Of a DNA stretch of 64,000 bases, positions 34,654 to 45,400 are shown piece after piece (position 1 is the first letter of the stretch; the number at the start of each line of letters is the position of its first letter). Source of the stretch: Minutocellus sp. GHC0000111 (lineage: Eukaryota); NCBI GenBank assembly GCA_977018835.1, contig OZ361257.1, positions 868,001 to 932,000 of the forward strand, read 5' to 3'. Position numbers and translations under genes: made by a program. Below the pieces are notes generated by a model that had not been told where the DNA came from, ran no database searches, and saw only the letters and a list, made by a program, of their open reading frames with translations.

Positions 34654-35937
34654 ATGAAGCAGGTCATTTCACAATACAGTCAGATCGAGGATGAATCATA
34701 CCAGCAGCAATCTGATCAATGTGTCATTGGCACATTCGACTCGTCTGTTGATGTTTTTGGAGCCGTCCAGCAACTGATCGATGCAGAATTTATGCACTTG
34801 TTGCGTCGTTCTGAAGATGATACAACGATTGTTGAGGACATCTTAGTAACAAAAGATGAAGCAGATTTGGGACGAGAAGGCCATGGTGGTTCGTTGTACT
34901 TGGTGCCGCCGTATCTCGTCAAGTACGATCGACACTGGAAAGTTGCCACCCATTCGTCTCACTACAAAATCAAGTATGAAATAAAAGAGGACTTCGCATC
35001 ATTCAAGAGAGCCGATCTTGATCCGTTCGAGCGTTTTCCGCGAAAAGATTCGCTGTCGTTTGCAGATTATTGCTTCACTAGGCTTATGGATCGGGTCGTC
35101 GATATTACATTTGAGGCGTATACCCTTCACAACATCATTAACGAAGAGGCCTGCCGTTCGTGTCACAACAGACACTCATTTCAGTGGAACGAAGCTGTCA
35201 ATGGATGGGGACATATTGTGTGTCAGGGATGCGGAAGCAAATACACGGTCCAATCCCATGCGTTGAGGGTCAAGGGGATAAGCTCACGAAAGCGAATCGA
35301 GGGAGGCAAATTCTCTGCATTTCACACCATTCGCCAGAAGACAAAAGAGGATTCGCCCATTTCTAAACAAACCAACGAACGCCATTACTTAATTTTTTCG
35401 AGCCAAGAATCTCTCTCCGCATTACGTGCAGTACCGAGTGGTGGCAGACCAGAGCAATCCTTACATGTACCAGTACTCATCGCAGAAATCGATAGCTGTT
35501 TGCCTCGTTGCGTTCCAGAATCATTCTCAAGCCCCAAGAGCGGTAGGACCACCATTGAAATGTACAGCTGGATCAAACAGGTTCCAAAATCGAGCCGAAT
35601 TTGGTTTCACCTCGTCATTGACGATGTAATTGACGTCGAGGAAATGATACAGAATGTATTCGAACAAGAATTTTCACGTGACGAGTGGGATCGATTGATG
35701 ATGGTGGTGGATCAATCCAAGAAAGCAGCTGCCAATGATGCTCCCTTAGACGATGACAAGCAGCAAGAAGACTATGGAGAATTTGACGAGTACGACGATG
35801 CATCGCAAGATCAGGTTGATCAACATCATCCCTTCCCTTCTTTCGTAACCCAGACTTTGAAGACCGAGCTGGATCAGCTGCGCAAGGATGGAAGCGATAG
35901 CGATGCTGACTGGGAGGATGCTTACGATTCGGCATAG
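34654..35937 (+). CDS. Hypothetical protein with CxxC...CxxC zinc-ribbon-like motif and acidic tail
   Basis: ORF of over 420 codons containing CRSC and CQGC. Confidence 0.6.
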   Translation: MKQVISQYSQIEDESYQQQSDQCVIGTFDSSVDVFGAVQQLIDAEFMHLLRRSEDDTTIVEDILVTKDEADLGREGHGGSLYLVPPYLVKYDRHWKVATHSSHYKIKYEIKEDFASFKRADLDPFERFPRKDSLSFADYCFTRLMDRVVDITFEAYTLHNIINEEACRSCHNRHSFQWNEAVNGWGHIVCQGCGSKYTVQSHALRVKGISSRKRIEGGKFSAFHTIRQKTKEDSPISKQTNERHYLIFSSQESLSALRAVPSGGRPEQSLHVPVLIAEIDSCLPRCVPESFSSPKSGRTTIEMYSWIKQVPKSSRIWFHLVIDDVIDVEEMIQNVFEQEFSRDEWDRLMMVVDQSKKAAANDAPLDDDKQQEDYGEFDEYDDASQDQVDQHHPFPSFVTQTLKTELDQLRKDGSDSDADWEDAYDSA

Positions 35938-35961
35938 ATACATGTATGTAGGATTACTTTG

Positions 35962-36816
35962 TTACTCGGTACCCTTGAATGCTCCAGGTATCGGTGGTCG
36001 AGGTGCTGGTCCTACGCCACCCTCTTCGTAACATAGTCTTTCCTCATCCAATACAGTAAACACCGTCTTCATTACCTTGAGGCACTGCTGCGCAATGGCT
36101 TTGTCCATGGCATCGTCAAGGTCAAGACCGTCAAATGATGCACCGCTTGACTTGCCCATTTCAAATATTTCGTCCAACGTAAGTGATGCAACCTTGTCTA
36201 CCTTGGAACCCTCCTCCTCTTGCTTCCTCTTGGCATCCGCCAACACATTCACAATGTCCTCATACTTGCTTCGTGCAGCCTCATCAACGGTGCCTCCAAC
36301 TGCAACATCATCAGTGCCGTGGCCTGCCCTCTCCAGCACAAGATACACCACATTCATCCAGCTGGATCGCAATGCCACCTCCTCGTCCATCAGCGGTCGA
36401 TTGGCACTCTGCACCGGACAGGCCGCGACCTCCTCGAGGAGTGAGGAGACTGGAATGCCCTGCTCATACGCGGCCTTGACGGCCACGATGAAGAGCTTGA
36501 GAACGTCGATGAAGCCCTGCGACAGCTGCATCACGCCATTGACAAAGGTAACTTCGATCATTTCGCCAATCTTGGCTGGCGTGAGCTCCTCTTTGGCATC
36601 GGCATCGGGTGCGTCAGTGCTGGCGAAAAGGGCTGAGCTGGCAGAGCTAGTTGTGGCGGCACATGTCGTGGCGATGGGGGCTGCTGGTCTAGTGGCAGCT
36701 GTTCGTGGAGATGACAACAAATACGGCGTGAATGCAGCGCATGGCGAGCAGTGCCAAAGGACGGAGGCACAGCCCCAGAGGGTGGTGGTCAGGAGGAGGG
36801 TTGCTCGGGTCATCAT
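35962..36816 (-). CDS. Plastid-targeted hypothetical protein
   Basis: Signal peptide ends CAA-FTP, followed by a Thr/Ala/Ser-rich transit peptide. Confidence 0.75.
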   Translation of the reverse strand: MMTRATLLLTTTLWGCASVLWHCSPCAAFTPYLLSSPRTAATRPAAPIATTCAATTSSASSALFASTDAPDADAKEELTPAKIGEMIEVTFVNGVMQLSQGFIDVLKLFIVAVKAAYEQGIPVSSLLEEVAACPVQSANRPLMDEEVALRSSWMNVVYLVLERAGHGTDDVAVGGTVDEAARSKYEDIVNVLADAKRKQEEEGSKVDKVASLTLDEIFEMGKSSGASFDGLDLDDAMDKAIAQQCLKVMKTVFTVLDEERLCYEEGGVGPAPRPPIPGAFKGTE

Positions 36817-37124
36817 TGCTATTGCTTGCTGCTCCTTCCTATCCTTGCGCAAATAAATGCGACTATCAATGTGCCTCGTTGAAGTCATCGTCAGCCAGTC
36901 AAGAAAAGTTGGGAGTTGGGAGTGGACCTTCCGTCATCGGCGCGTGTGGGTCTACCTAGGTACGTACGTAGCTACGTAGCTACGTAGAGTGTGGTACTAC
37001 ACGTACATGTACCTAGGCTAGGTACCGGCAGTTGCTTTGCATTGCTATGCTTGCTTGGCATTCCATTGCTTTACATTCGGTGCTCCCAGCTGACCCCCAT
37101 TCGCATATCACCTAAACACTAACA

Positions 37125-38417
37125 ATGTCGGACCCAAAGGCAGAACAAAAAATCAAAAAGCTGGCCAGACTTCCGGCCAACACCATCTGTCCCAACTGCG
37201 GAACGGAGAAGAAGTTTGGATTCTCCACCATCTGCATGAAGTACAAGACATACGTTTGCAATATGTGTAAACAAGGACACACATCTATTTCTCATCGATG
37301 CAAATCGCTGACGATGAGCAGTTGGACGATGCAGGAGGTCGAAAGCCTGACCGAGGCAGGAGGCGGCGGAAACAACGTGGCCAGACGAACTTGGCTAGCC
37401 AACGCACCTCCCATTGGTACCGGAGGTCGGCCTAGGGAGGGCGAGCAAGATGTCAACGTATTCAAGAGGTTTGTCGTCCAGGTCTATGAGGAGAGGCGGT
37501 ATTGGGCGGACGATGCCGGTGCGGGGGCACCTCCTGTCGCTACTGCGCCGGCACCTCGACCCAGGACTGTTGCTGCCGCTCCGGTCAAGAGAGTCCCGGT
37601 TCCAGCTCCAGCACCCGACCTTTTGGATTTCGGGGCCTTTGAGAGTGCCCCTGCTGCTCCAGCCCCGGCAGTAGCTGCTCCGGCGCCGGAACCTGTTGTT
37701 GCTGATTTCGGGGCCTTTGAAAGCGCGCCTCCTCCCGCGGCGGCAGCAGCCCCGGCTCCAGCCGCTGCAACGTCTGCATCCAGCTTTTCGCCCAACTTTG
37801 ATGCTTTTGGGGGCAGCGATCCATTCGCTGCTAGTACCACTGCCGCTGTGCCGCCTCCAGCTGCCCCGGCGGCTGTGGCACGGGATGGTTTTGGATTTAT
37901 TGGAAATGGTCCGACGTCCGCACCTGCCCCCGAACAACCAAAGGTAAAGAAGCCCGTAATGAGTATCGGCGGAGGCGGCGGAAACGCAGCTATGATTAGC
38001 AACATGGGAGGCAATGCTGGCGTTGGAGCCATGAATAGTGGAGGAATGAACATGATGATGGGTGGACAAGTTGGCTATAATAATATGGCCATGAACGGTG
38101 GAGGAATGAACAACATGGCTATGAATATGAACGGCGGAGGAATGAATAATCAAATGATGACCATGAACAGTACTGGAGGGATGAACACCCCTATGATGAA
38201 TATGAATGGTGGATACAATCATTCTCAGCAGGCCCAGATGATGGGCGGCTCTCAGGGAATGATGATGCAGCAGCAGCAGATGCAGATGCAGCAGATGGGC
38301 TTTGGTGCACAGGGATCGATGCAGCAGGGTGGCTACGGTGGTAATGGCACGGCTCAGTCATCGACGTCGGCCAGCGTTCGAGATCCATTTGACTCACTCT
38401 TTGATGCGAAGAAATAG
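37125..38417 (+). CDS. ArfGAP domain protein (AGFG-like) with Pro/Ala linker and Met/Gly/Asn-rich tail
   Basis: N-terminal CPNC-x17-CNMC zinc finger, KSLTMSSWT..EV, GGN..AR..W, and DLLDF and DPF motifs. Confidence 0.88.
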   Translation: MSDPKAEQKIKKLARLPANTICPNCGTEKKFGFSTICMKYKTYVCNMCKQGHTSISHRCKSLTMSSWTMQEVESLTEAGGGGNNVARRTWLANAPPIGTGGRPREGEQDVNVFKRFVVQVYEERRYWADDAGAGAPPVATAPAPRPRTVAAAPVKRVPVPAPAPDLLDFGAFESAPAAPAPAVAAPAPEPVVADFGAFESAPPPAAAAAPAPAAATSASSFSPNFDAFGGSDPFAASTTAAVPPPAAPAAVARDGFGFIGNGPTSAPAPEQPKVKKPVMSIGGGGGNAAMISNMGGNAGVGAMNSGGMNMMMGGQVGYNNMAMNGGGMNNMAMNMNGGGMNNQMMTMNSTGGMNTPMMNMNGGYNHSQQAQMMGGSQGMMMQQQQMQMQQMGFGAQGSMQQGGYGGNGTAQSSTSASVRDPFDSLFDAKK

Positions 38418-38653
38418 TTTGTTACTCATAGTTCGTCAACTTAACTAAGACTTATTACCTTCATTTATCTAGCTACGTAGCTACGTAGTACCTTTTGCGA
38501 CACGTAATACCTTTTGCCGTTTAAAAGTAGTAGGGAGGGTTTCTTACCCGTTTACATGTACCATCATGTAATAAAAGTTCTAAAGTGGAGAGATTTACAA
38601 ATAATAGTATCATCTAATATTATATATCCAATATGGCATTATGCATACGTAAT

Positions 38654-40009
38654 TTACCAGACAGCATTGTGCCCTTGGCCCGTTGTTGGGGAAGGGATAT
38701 CCACAATGCCGACCTTGTGCCGTCGAAGACTTGAGAAGGAGCCCCGGCTGGAACGGCGTCTGAATGAAGTTTTCGATGATGCAGATCGTCTCAAATTGGG
38801 GTGTGACGGAGATTTCTTCTTGGCTTCCTCTATGTTGGTAGTACATGTGGAGTTTTTCCGGTCCAAGTCGTTTCGAGTAGCGTTCTTGAACGTGCTTGTT
38901 GAGGTCGAACGGCGAAGGGTAAGAGCTGAGAATGATCGTGTTAGTCCTGCGGAGCTACTGAATGCATTCTTTCGTTGCAAAAAGCATAATGGGCGATTAT
39001 GAGCAATATTTTTGCTCACTGCCGGGAAATCACTTGCAACGACGCGTGAACTTGTTCGTGAGGTTGATTTCTTGGAAGAGGCTAAGGTCGACATGGGTTG
39101 AATCGGCGGTGATGATTGTGGAGACTTCTCCTCCTTGCAGACGGACAGATTGTTTAGGTACGGTAGATCTGGGCTGGAAGTTGAAGGCGAAGAGCTTGTA
39201 GCCCCGGTCGTTGCATATAGGCTATTGCTACCGCTGGCACTCGAAGAACACATGTAAATTGGCAAAGACTTGGATCTGCTTGAGGCTGTTGAGTCCATGT
39301 TGGGAACTTGGAGTGCGCTATCAGATAATTGGTCCCTGAGCCGCTCAAGAGTTCTTGATCGGGGGCGTAACTTGAAGTTGGAGTGCAGTGTTGTTCGGCA
39401 ATCATTTCCACTGGTCGTAGGCGATGCTGGCACGTGTAGATCGACTTCGTTAATGTTTGACAGCATTTCTTCTGGACTCACATATTTGGATAGGAGAGCA
39501 ATATGACGGCCTGGTGGACGATGGGGTGCATTGAGGCCTACATTTGTATTTGTGTCTCCTGTGACCTGTGGTGTCACCATTCCGTTGGTCAAGGCGTCCT
39601 TGAATAGATCATCGACGTCAAGATGATCAACTTCACACGTACCTGCACCCTCATCCTTATCTTTGCGACGGCAATTGGCAACTCGAAACAATGCATTCAC
39701 ATCATCAGTCATTGACTTTTGAAATGATGATGACTTCTTGATGGCCTTTTGGAGGGCTTGCCGATACTCCATGCCGTGCCTTGCGAGAACAGTAGTTTGT
39801 GTGAGTTTTTTACTTCTATTTGTGCGAGCCCAACCATGGTCAAGACGAGAGAAGCCAGAAGAAGGATCACAGGCTGTGGCCAGAGCTATCATCAATGCGC
39901 TAGCGTCGTCGTCGCTTGCCCCGGTATTGCCGGTGGCATCTGTCGACGAAAAATGCGGTACCGCGGTATTGTTGACGTTCGTGCGGCTACCGGTTAGAGT
40001 GGAACTCAT
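38654..40009 (-). CDS. Ser/Thr-rich hypothetical protein
   Basis: ORF of about 450 codons with no recognisable domain. Confidence 0.55.
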   Translation of the reverse strand: MSSTLTGSRTNVNNTAVPHFSSTDATGNTGASDDDASALMIALATACDPSSGFSRLDHGWARTNRSKKLTQTTVLARHGMEYRQALQKAIKKSSSFQKSMTDDVNALFRVANCRRKDKDEGAGTCEVDHLDVDDLFKDALTNGMVTPQVTGDTNTNVGLNAPHRPPGRHIALLSKYVSPEEMLSNINEVDLHVPASPTTSGNDCRTTLHSNFKLRPRSRTLERLRDQLSDSALQVPNMDSTASSRSKSLPIYMCSSSASGSNSLYATTGATSSSPSTSSPDLPYLNNLSVCKEEKSPQSSPPIQPMSTLASSKKSTSRTSSRVVASDFPAVSKNIAHNRPLCFLQRKNAFSSSAGLTRSFSALTLRRSTSTSTFKNATRNDLDRKNSTCTTNIEEAKKKSPSHPNLRRSASSKTSFRRRSSRGSFSSLRRHKVGIVDIPSPTTGQGHNAVW

Positions 40010-40349
40010 GTTGGTATTGGACGTTGCTGGTGACAAAAAATGATGCGGTCGCCGACGGGTAACTACTACATGTACAGTGGCGGGGCTGGAATTCAACGCT
40101 GCTTCAAGTATGAAGAGGGTGACTCAGTTACTAGTAGAGTACGACGGGGGTTTGAGCAAAGGTAATGAATCAATATTTGAGTAACTTTGCAACTTTGCTT
40201 CTTTCTTGGCGTGAATCGCCGCTCCTTGCTTGCTTTCCCTTCTTCGCTTTCTCGTCTTTCGGCAGCAGCAGGCCTGGATAATTATTTTTGAAGCCTAATT
40301 CATGTACACACAAAATTGCGGTTCAAATGTCGACGCCAAAGAACAATGC

Positions 40350-40565
40350 CACGTGGCACAGAAAGTCATCCGCGGTATCAAGAGGTCAAAATCAGATCCG
40401 GTATCCGTGTGTCCGCCAGCTACGTACGTAGCTGCCAGGTGGCAGAAAGTCAATGTGACTCACTACGTGTCACAGAAAGTCATCCGCGGTATCCGGCATC
40501 GATGTCCCGCCAAGTCAATGTGGCTACCGGCAGAAAGCCAAAAGTCAATGTGACTACGTCACAGA
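40350..40565. repeat. Cluster of short imperfect direct repeats between divergent genes
   Basis: Recurring CAGAAAGTCA, CATCCGCGGTATC and GTCAATGTG(A/G)CT. Confidence 0.7.
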
Positions 40566-40797
40566 AACAAAACCTTCGATCTGTCTCACTTTTTGAACAT
40601 CAACAAAATGACTTTGCTGGCTTCTTATTTGCGGTACATGTAGCGCGCCAAAATCAAGAAGATGCGGGCACACATGAGTAGAGATGCAACAAAAGAAGTA
40701 GTGTGCGATTAACTTACCGGTAAGAACGTACCAACGGCACAAACAGGAAATCATACCCAGCCATACCAGGGACACTTTGTTGATCAACTCGCGAACC

Positions 40798-41547
40798 ATG
40801 TCGTCTGCGCACTCGGAAGCTACCACTACGAGCACACGTGTCACTACGCGCACGGCTGCTCATCCCCCCAGAGAGGTTCGATTCTCAGACGATGAGCCAG
40901 AACATTTGTACGTCGCCAGTCTCGACGACATTGGAGATGCTGAGCATGCAGCGACATGGCTCAGTGAAGATGAATTGTCAGAAACAGTGAAAGACATTGC
41001 GCGAACTATTCATGAACATCAGGGTCGTTGCCGTCTCCGCCGTACAGTTTCTTGTAATGGTGCTTCCAACAACCAAGACGACAATGAGGACGGTGAAGAC
41101 CATGCCGCTCTTCACCTTCGAGGTCTTGAGCAAATCATCGATAGAAGCTTAATGGAATCTCGGCGCCAAGCTGTCTCTTCAGTGTTTCGGGCGGTCCTTA
41201 ATGCCCAGAAGCAAGATGAAAATTCTCCCACCACGAGCAATCAAGACCAAGACTTGGAGTCTGCCATATCCCAAGCTTCGAGACAACATTCCCAGGAATC
41301 ACTCGCACGGGCACTCCAACTAGCAACGATCGACGAGGAGTATCCGATGACCCAGCAACGAAGGGATCTAGGCATGGTCGAGGATAGATGTCTCAATCAC
41401 GGTGATGACCTTTCAAGGGAAGACATGCTTCAACGTTCCATTGACCTGGCCCGGCAAGGAATAGCCCACCGAGAGGCGACCAGCAGTCGATTTCTTCGAT
41501 CGCTCATGGCCCGAGTGGTTGGAATGCAAACAGAAGATTCCACCTAA
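40798..41547 (+). CDS. Hypothetical protein of the diatom-type 'V.F...W...RGLE...VL..Q' family
   Basis: Motifs VRFSD, TWLS, LRGLE, VLNAQ and ARA...A..D. Confidence 0.7.
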   Translation: MSSAHSEATTTSTRVTTRTAAHPPREVRFSDDEPEHLYVASLDDIGDAEHAATWLSEDELSETVKDIARTIHEHQGRCRLRRTVSCNGASNNQDDNEDGEDHAALHLRGLEQIIDRSLMESRRQAVSSVFRAVLNAQKQDENSPTTSNQDQDLESAISQASRQHSQESLARALQLATIDEEYPMTQQRRDLGMVEDRCLNHGDDLSREDMLQRSIDLARQGIAHREATSSRFLRSLMARVVGMQTEDST

Positions 41548-42058
41548 TTTGATTTAGATCTATGCAGTGCGGGTAGGTACATGTAGGCCTGCTACCTGCA
41601 TGTAGAGTCTATTTGTTGCCTTTACGGGCGCCAGGAGGACCAATGATGTTAGCGCAGACAAAATACTAGTAATTACCACGTAAACGTAATGCATAATAAC
41701 ACAATAACAATAAATACTTCTACTATGGCTAGATTGAAAGATAGACGCATGAGTTACAAAACAGAAAGGAATGCTGCTCAGAGATCGCGCACTTCTCCAA
41801 AATAAACACCAACGGTCACACACTAGAGTAGATCTAGTAGATATCTAGCTAGTAGTAGCTACGTAGCTACTCTAGACTCTAGATTAGGCAACCAGTGCAA
41901 ATAAAGTATCGAGACCCAAGCTCTTTTATTTTGAGAGTCGATTCAATGCCCCTGAGCTGTGTTTGCGAATTGCCTTGACTCTGTTGATCTTGCCCTCAAG
42001 ATGACAATCTGATGAACGTTTACGTAGATTCCTTTTATACATGTATCAAACTACATGC

Positions 42059-42190
42059 AGTGGACCTGAACGGCGCTATGAGTAATTATTTTTCGGGTGG
42101 CTTTGCTTGTCCTACTTTCTTCACTTCCCGTCGCCTGATTATGTCGATTTCCTACTTTCTTCACTTCCCGTCGCCTGATTATGACGATTT
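42059..42190 (+). repeat. Dispersed repeat, copy 2, with internal 40-bp tandem duplication
   Basis: Matches 6854-6947. CCTACTTTCTTCACTTCCCGTCGCCTGATTATG occurs twice. Confidence 0.85.
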
Positions 42191-42437
42191 TATAAAACGT
42201 CTTGGTATCCCTATGTAGAAAATTGTCATGCATGTTTCAAACTGACCAATCATCATCGGTATTTTTCTCAAACATACTTTATATCTTCAACAGATAGATG
42301 ACAATCTGCATTATTGCTTAAAATTTCATTGTGAATGCATGTAGTGTGTCATGCTTGTGAAGTATATAGAGTCTAATAGTCCAAAATAATTACATCGGGG
42401 CGCCCAAGCACTACATGTACTGCGTAGTAGTACTGCG

Positions 42438-45400
42438 TCATCCCAATCGAAAAGCGTCTACCAATGTGCTAAAAAAGTCACTCGGCCACCAACTTCCTGC
42501 ATCGTCAGTCTCGCAAAATTCTAGGCAGTTCAAGACATATCGGAACTTACAAGCCCTTGTCGCATCATCCGTCTTTTTGCCTGTGCTGCATGCATCTGGT
42601 ATAATCAACGCAGATCCGTCCAGCTGGAAGAACATACTTGTTTCAGTCTCGTCGAGTGCATAGATGTCAATGAGGGCAAGACCTTCGGTGCATTTGGCAG
42701 TGAAGGCATTGACAATACCACAATCTGGCTTTGCCGTATTGAAACACTCTAAACCACCGTATGGACCTGGAACAACAAAGTCGACGGCAATCCAGTCCAT
42801 GTTGCGATTGATTGGTAAACTACCGCTGCTGCATTGTTTCCATACCTGCGACAAGGTGAAGGTGACTGTGTTCCCATTACGCGAGAGAATTTCAAGAGGC
42901 AACTTCTCCGGTGTAGCCAAAGGATTGCACTGATCTGAATCTAGTCTACGAACATCATCAAGAGCTCCCATTCTGCAGGGGGGTATCTCGGCATCCTCAG
43001 CCTCGTCGATTGCTTTGGTCTTTCTCTCTGATTCTGACCGGGATGCCCTTGAAGACGGATTGGAGTACATCATTTCCATCATCTGTTCCATCCTTCTTCG
43101 GGCTGTTCCTGGACAGAGCGGTGCGCCTCCACTGGCCCCAACAATAACACCATCAATGGTACTGGTGGGATCTACCCAATTCGAAGAAGTCGAAGAATCG
43201 TTCGGATCATCTTCAATGCACATATACGCATATCCCGTAGCAGTCACACCATCCGAGCGATGACCATAATACTTTTTCCCATCCCCGGTGCTTCCTCCGT
43301 CACTAGAATCCCCGTTCAAATCGCCATCAAAGCAATTGAAGCGAGAGGAATCGGACGGAGGGAATTGGTTCTTATTTTGCTGATGAGAACAGCAGATGTT
43401 GTATGTTGTTCCGCACGAGGCATCCCCAGAATTGGGGGCAGCGAGTTCAGCACAGTCGTGTAAGCCTCCTGAAAAGATATAATTGGGAGAATAGCATAAA
43501 TGAAAGGGGAAGAGAGTTGAGTTCAACAAAAACAAGCACACAAGTTTTAGAAAAAGTTACACATGAAGAAACAACAATACAATGGCCCTTGATAGGACGT
43601 CGTAATGAACTTACCGATTCTCGTACCAAATCGGCAGAAGGTGGTAGGTAGATCTCTCTTGTTCTTCGTCGTAGCCCCGAGACACGAAGATCCACAGCTA
43701 GTGCTGCATGTACTCGTGGCTTTGACGCCGATTGCTGATTTGATGCAGGAACTGGTCGACGGACAACACTTGGCACTACTATCTCCAGAACCAGAGACAG
43801 CAGACCAGGCTTCGTCACAGAGATCATCCTTGGTGTCCGTACAGATTGCTGACGAAATGCAATTTCCTTCGGTGGATCCTGGAGCGATGATGCAGTCCTC
43901 GTCGTCGGAACACTTTTCATCTGCGTTGGCCGCGGTACACACTGCGCACTTGATGTTATCGCAGGTACCTTTAACACACGCGTTGTTACAATCGCATTTG
44001 AACTCACATCCAGCCGATACTTGATCGTGGCAAGGTAAACAACTGCAAGTACATGTATTAGGATTACAAGTACCGCCATTGCAATCGTCGTCGCTATTAT
44101 GTTGTACAGCGCAACAGGAATTGAGAGCAAAAGGTGTAAGGATATTGATGAAAAAGAAACGGATTCAAAAACTTTCCATGTTCAAGTCGATATCGACGGG
44201 CAGAAGCAATGAGAATGATCATGTACACAATTGGCCTTACCTTCCACATTGTGTTAGAGTGGTTGTCTGTCCAGAAGTCCCAAAAACAGTGGAACAGCTA
44301 CTAGTGGTGCTCTGACTATTGGAGCTTGACGCAGTAGCACAGAGTGCGAGTGCTTCCGCTTCTGAGAGCGTTGGACGGTCATCTTGCAAATAGTTTGACC
44401 AACTACAGCTTCCACCATTTGTGCGCCAGAGAGTCCCCTGACCATACGGATTGAGATATTCATAGCTCGTCGAAAATACATGTAATGGTGAGAAAATTGG
44501 AAAGCAAGTAAAGTAGAAGAGCAAAGTCAACATCAAAAATCTCACCTAAGCGTTGACCAAACTTGCAGAAGGTTTCTGGGTGTTGATTCTTTTTGTTCCC
44601 ACCCCCTGGGGCTGTTTCCCCTCCCAAGCAGCTGCCACAGTTTGTGCTGCAGGAGCTGGTAGCTATGACTCCAATTCTAGTCCTGATACAGCCGCTGGTG
44701 GCGGGACAGCATTTGGCTCTTTTGTTAGTACTCCCAGAAACAGAAGCATAAGCAAGATCGCACAAATCTTTCTTCGCTGAGGTACACAACCCAGAGTCGA
44801 CACACTTTCCATCGGTTTCGCCGTCATTGATGATGCAATCAGTATCTTCTGGGCATGTCGTGTTCGTTGTGGAGCAATCTTGACAAGCTGTATCATCGCA
44901 AGTAGCTCCTGTGTCATTGAAATTAGTTGAGCTACAGGCCGCTCCGCAAATGCATTCAAGTTCGCATCCAACATCTTGGCCTCCAATTGATTGCAAGCAA
45001 CTGTTCTCGCCGCAGTTGCATGCACAATTACCTTGAGAGTTAGGAGAAAGATCACAATAACCTCCACCACAATCCAAATCACTGGGGGATAGAACACCAG
45101 GAACAAAAGCATAATGTAGGTGAGTTTTGTGAAATGAAAGTTGAAGAAGCCTGAACAATTCATTACGACTTTGTCGTGATGTAAATTTTGATTCGTACCT
45201 TCCACACGAAATCATATCTCCAACGTCGTTCGTTTTGAAACCGCAGATCGTGGGTTGCATGGTTGGGGAGCTACTTGGGAACAGACTGACTGAGGGCGAT
45301 GAAGATGGGGACAAACTAGGAGAGCTAGATGGCTTCAACGTGCCCAGGGAAGTGGGAGAATTGGAAGGGGAGGAGCTAGGAGCCGATGACGGAGTTTGAC

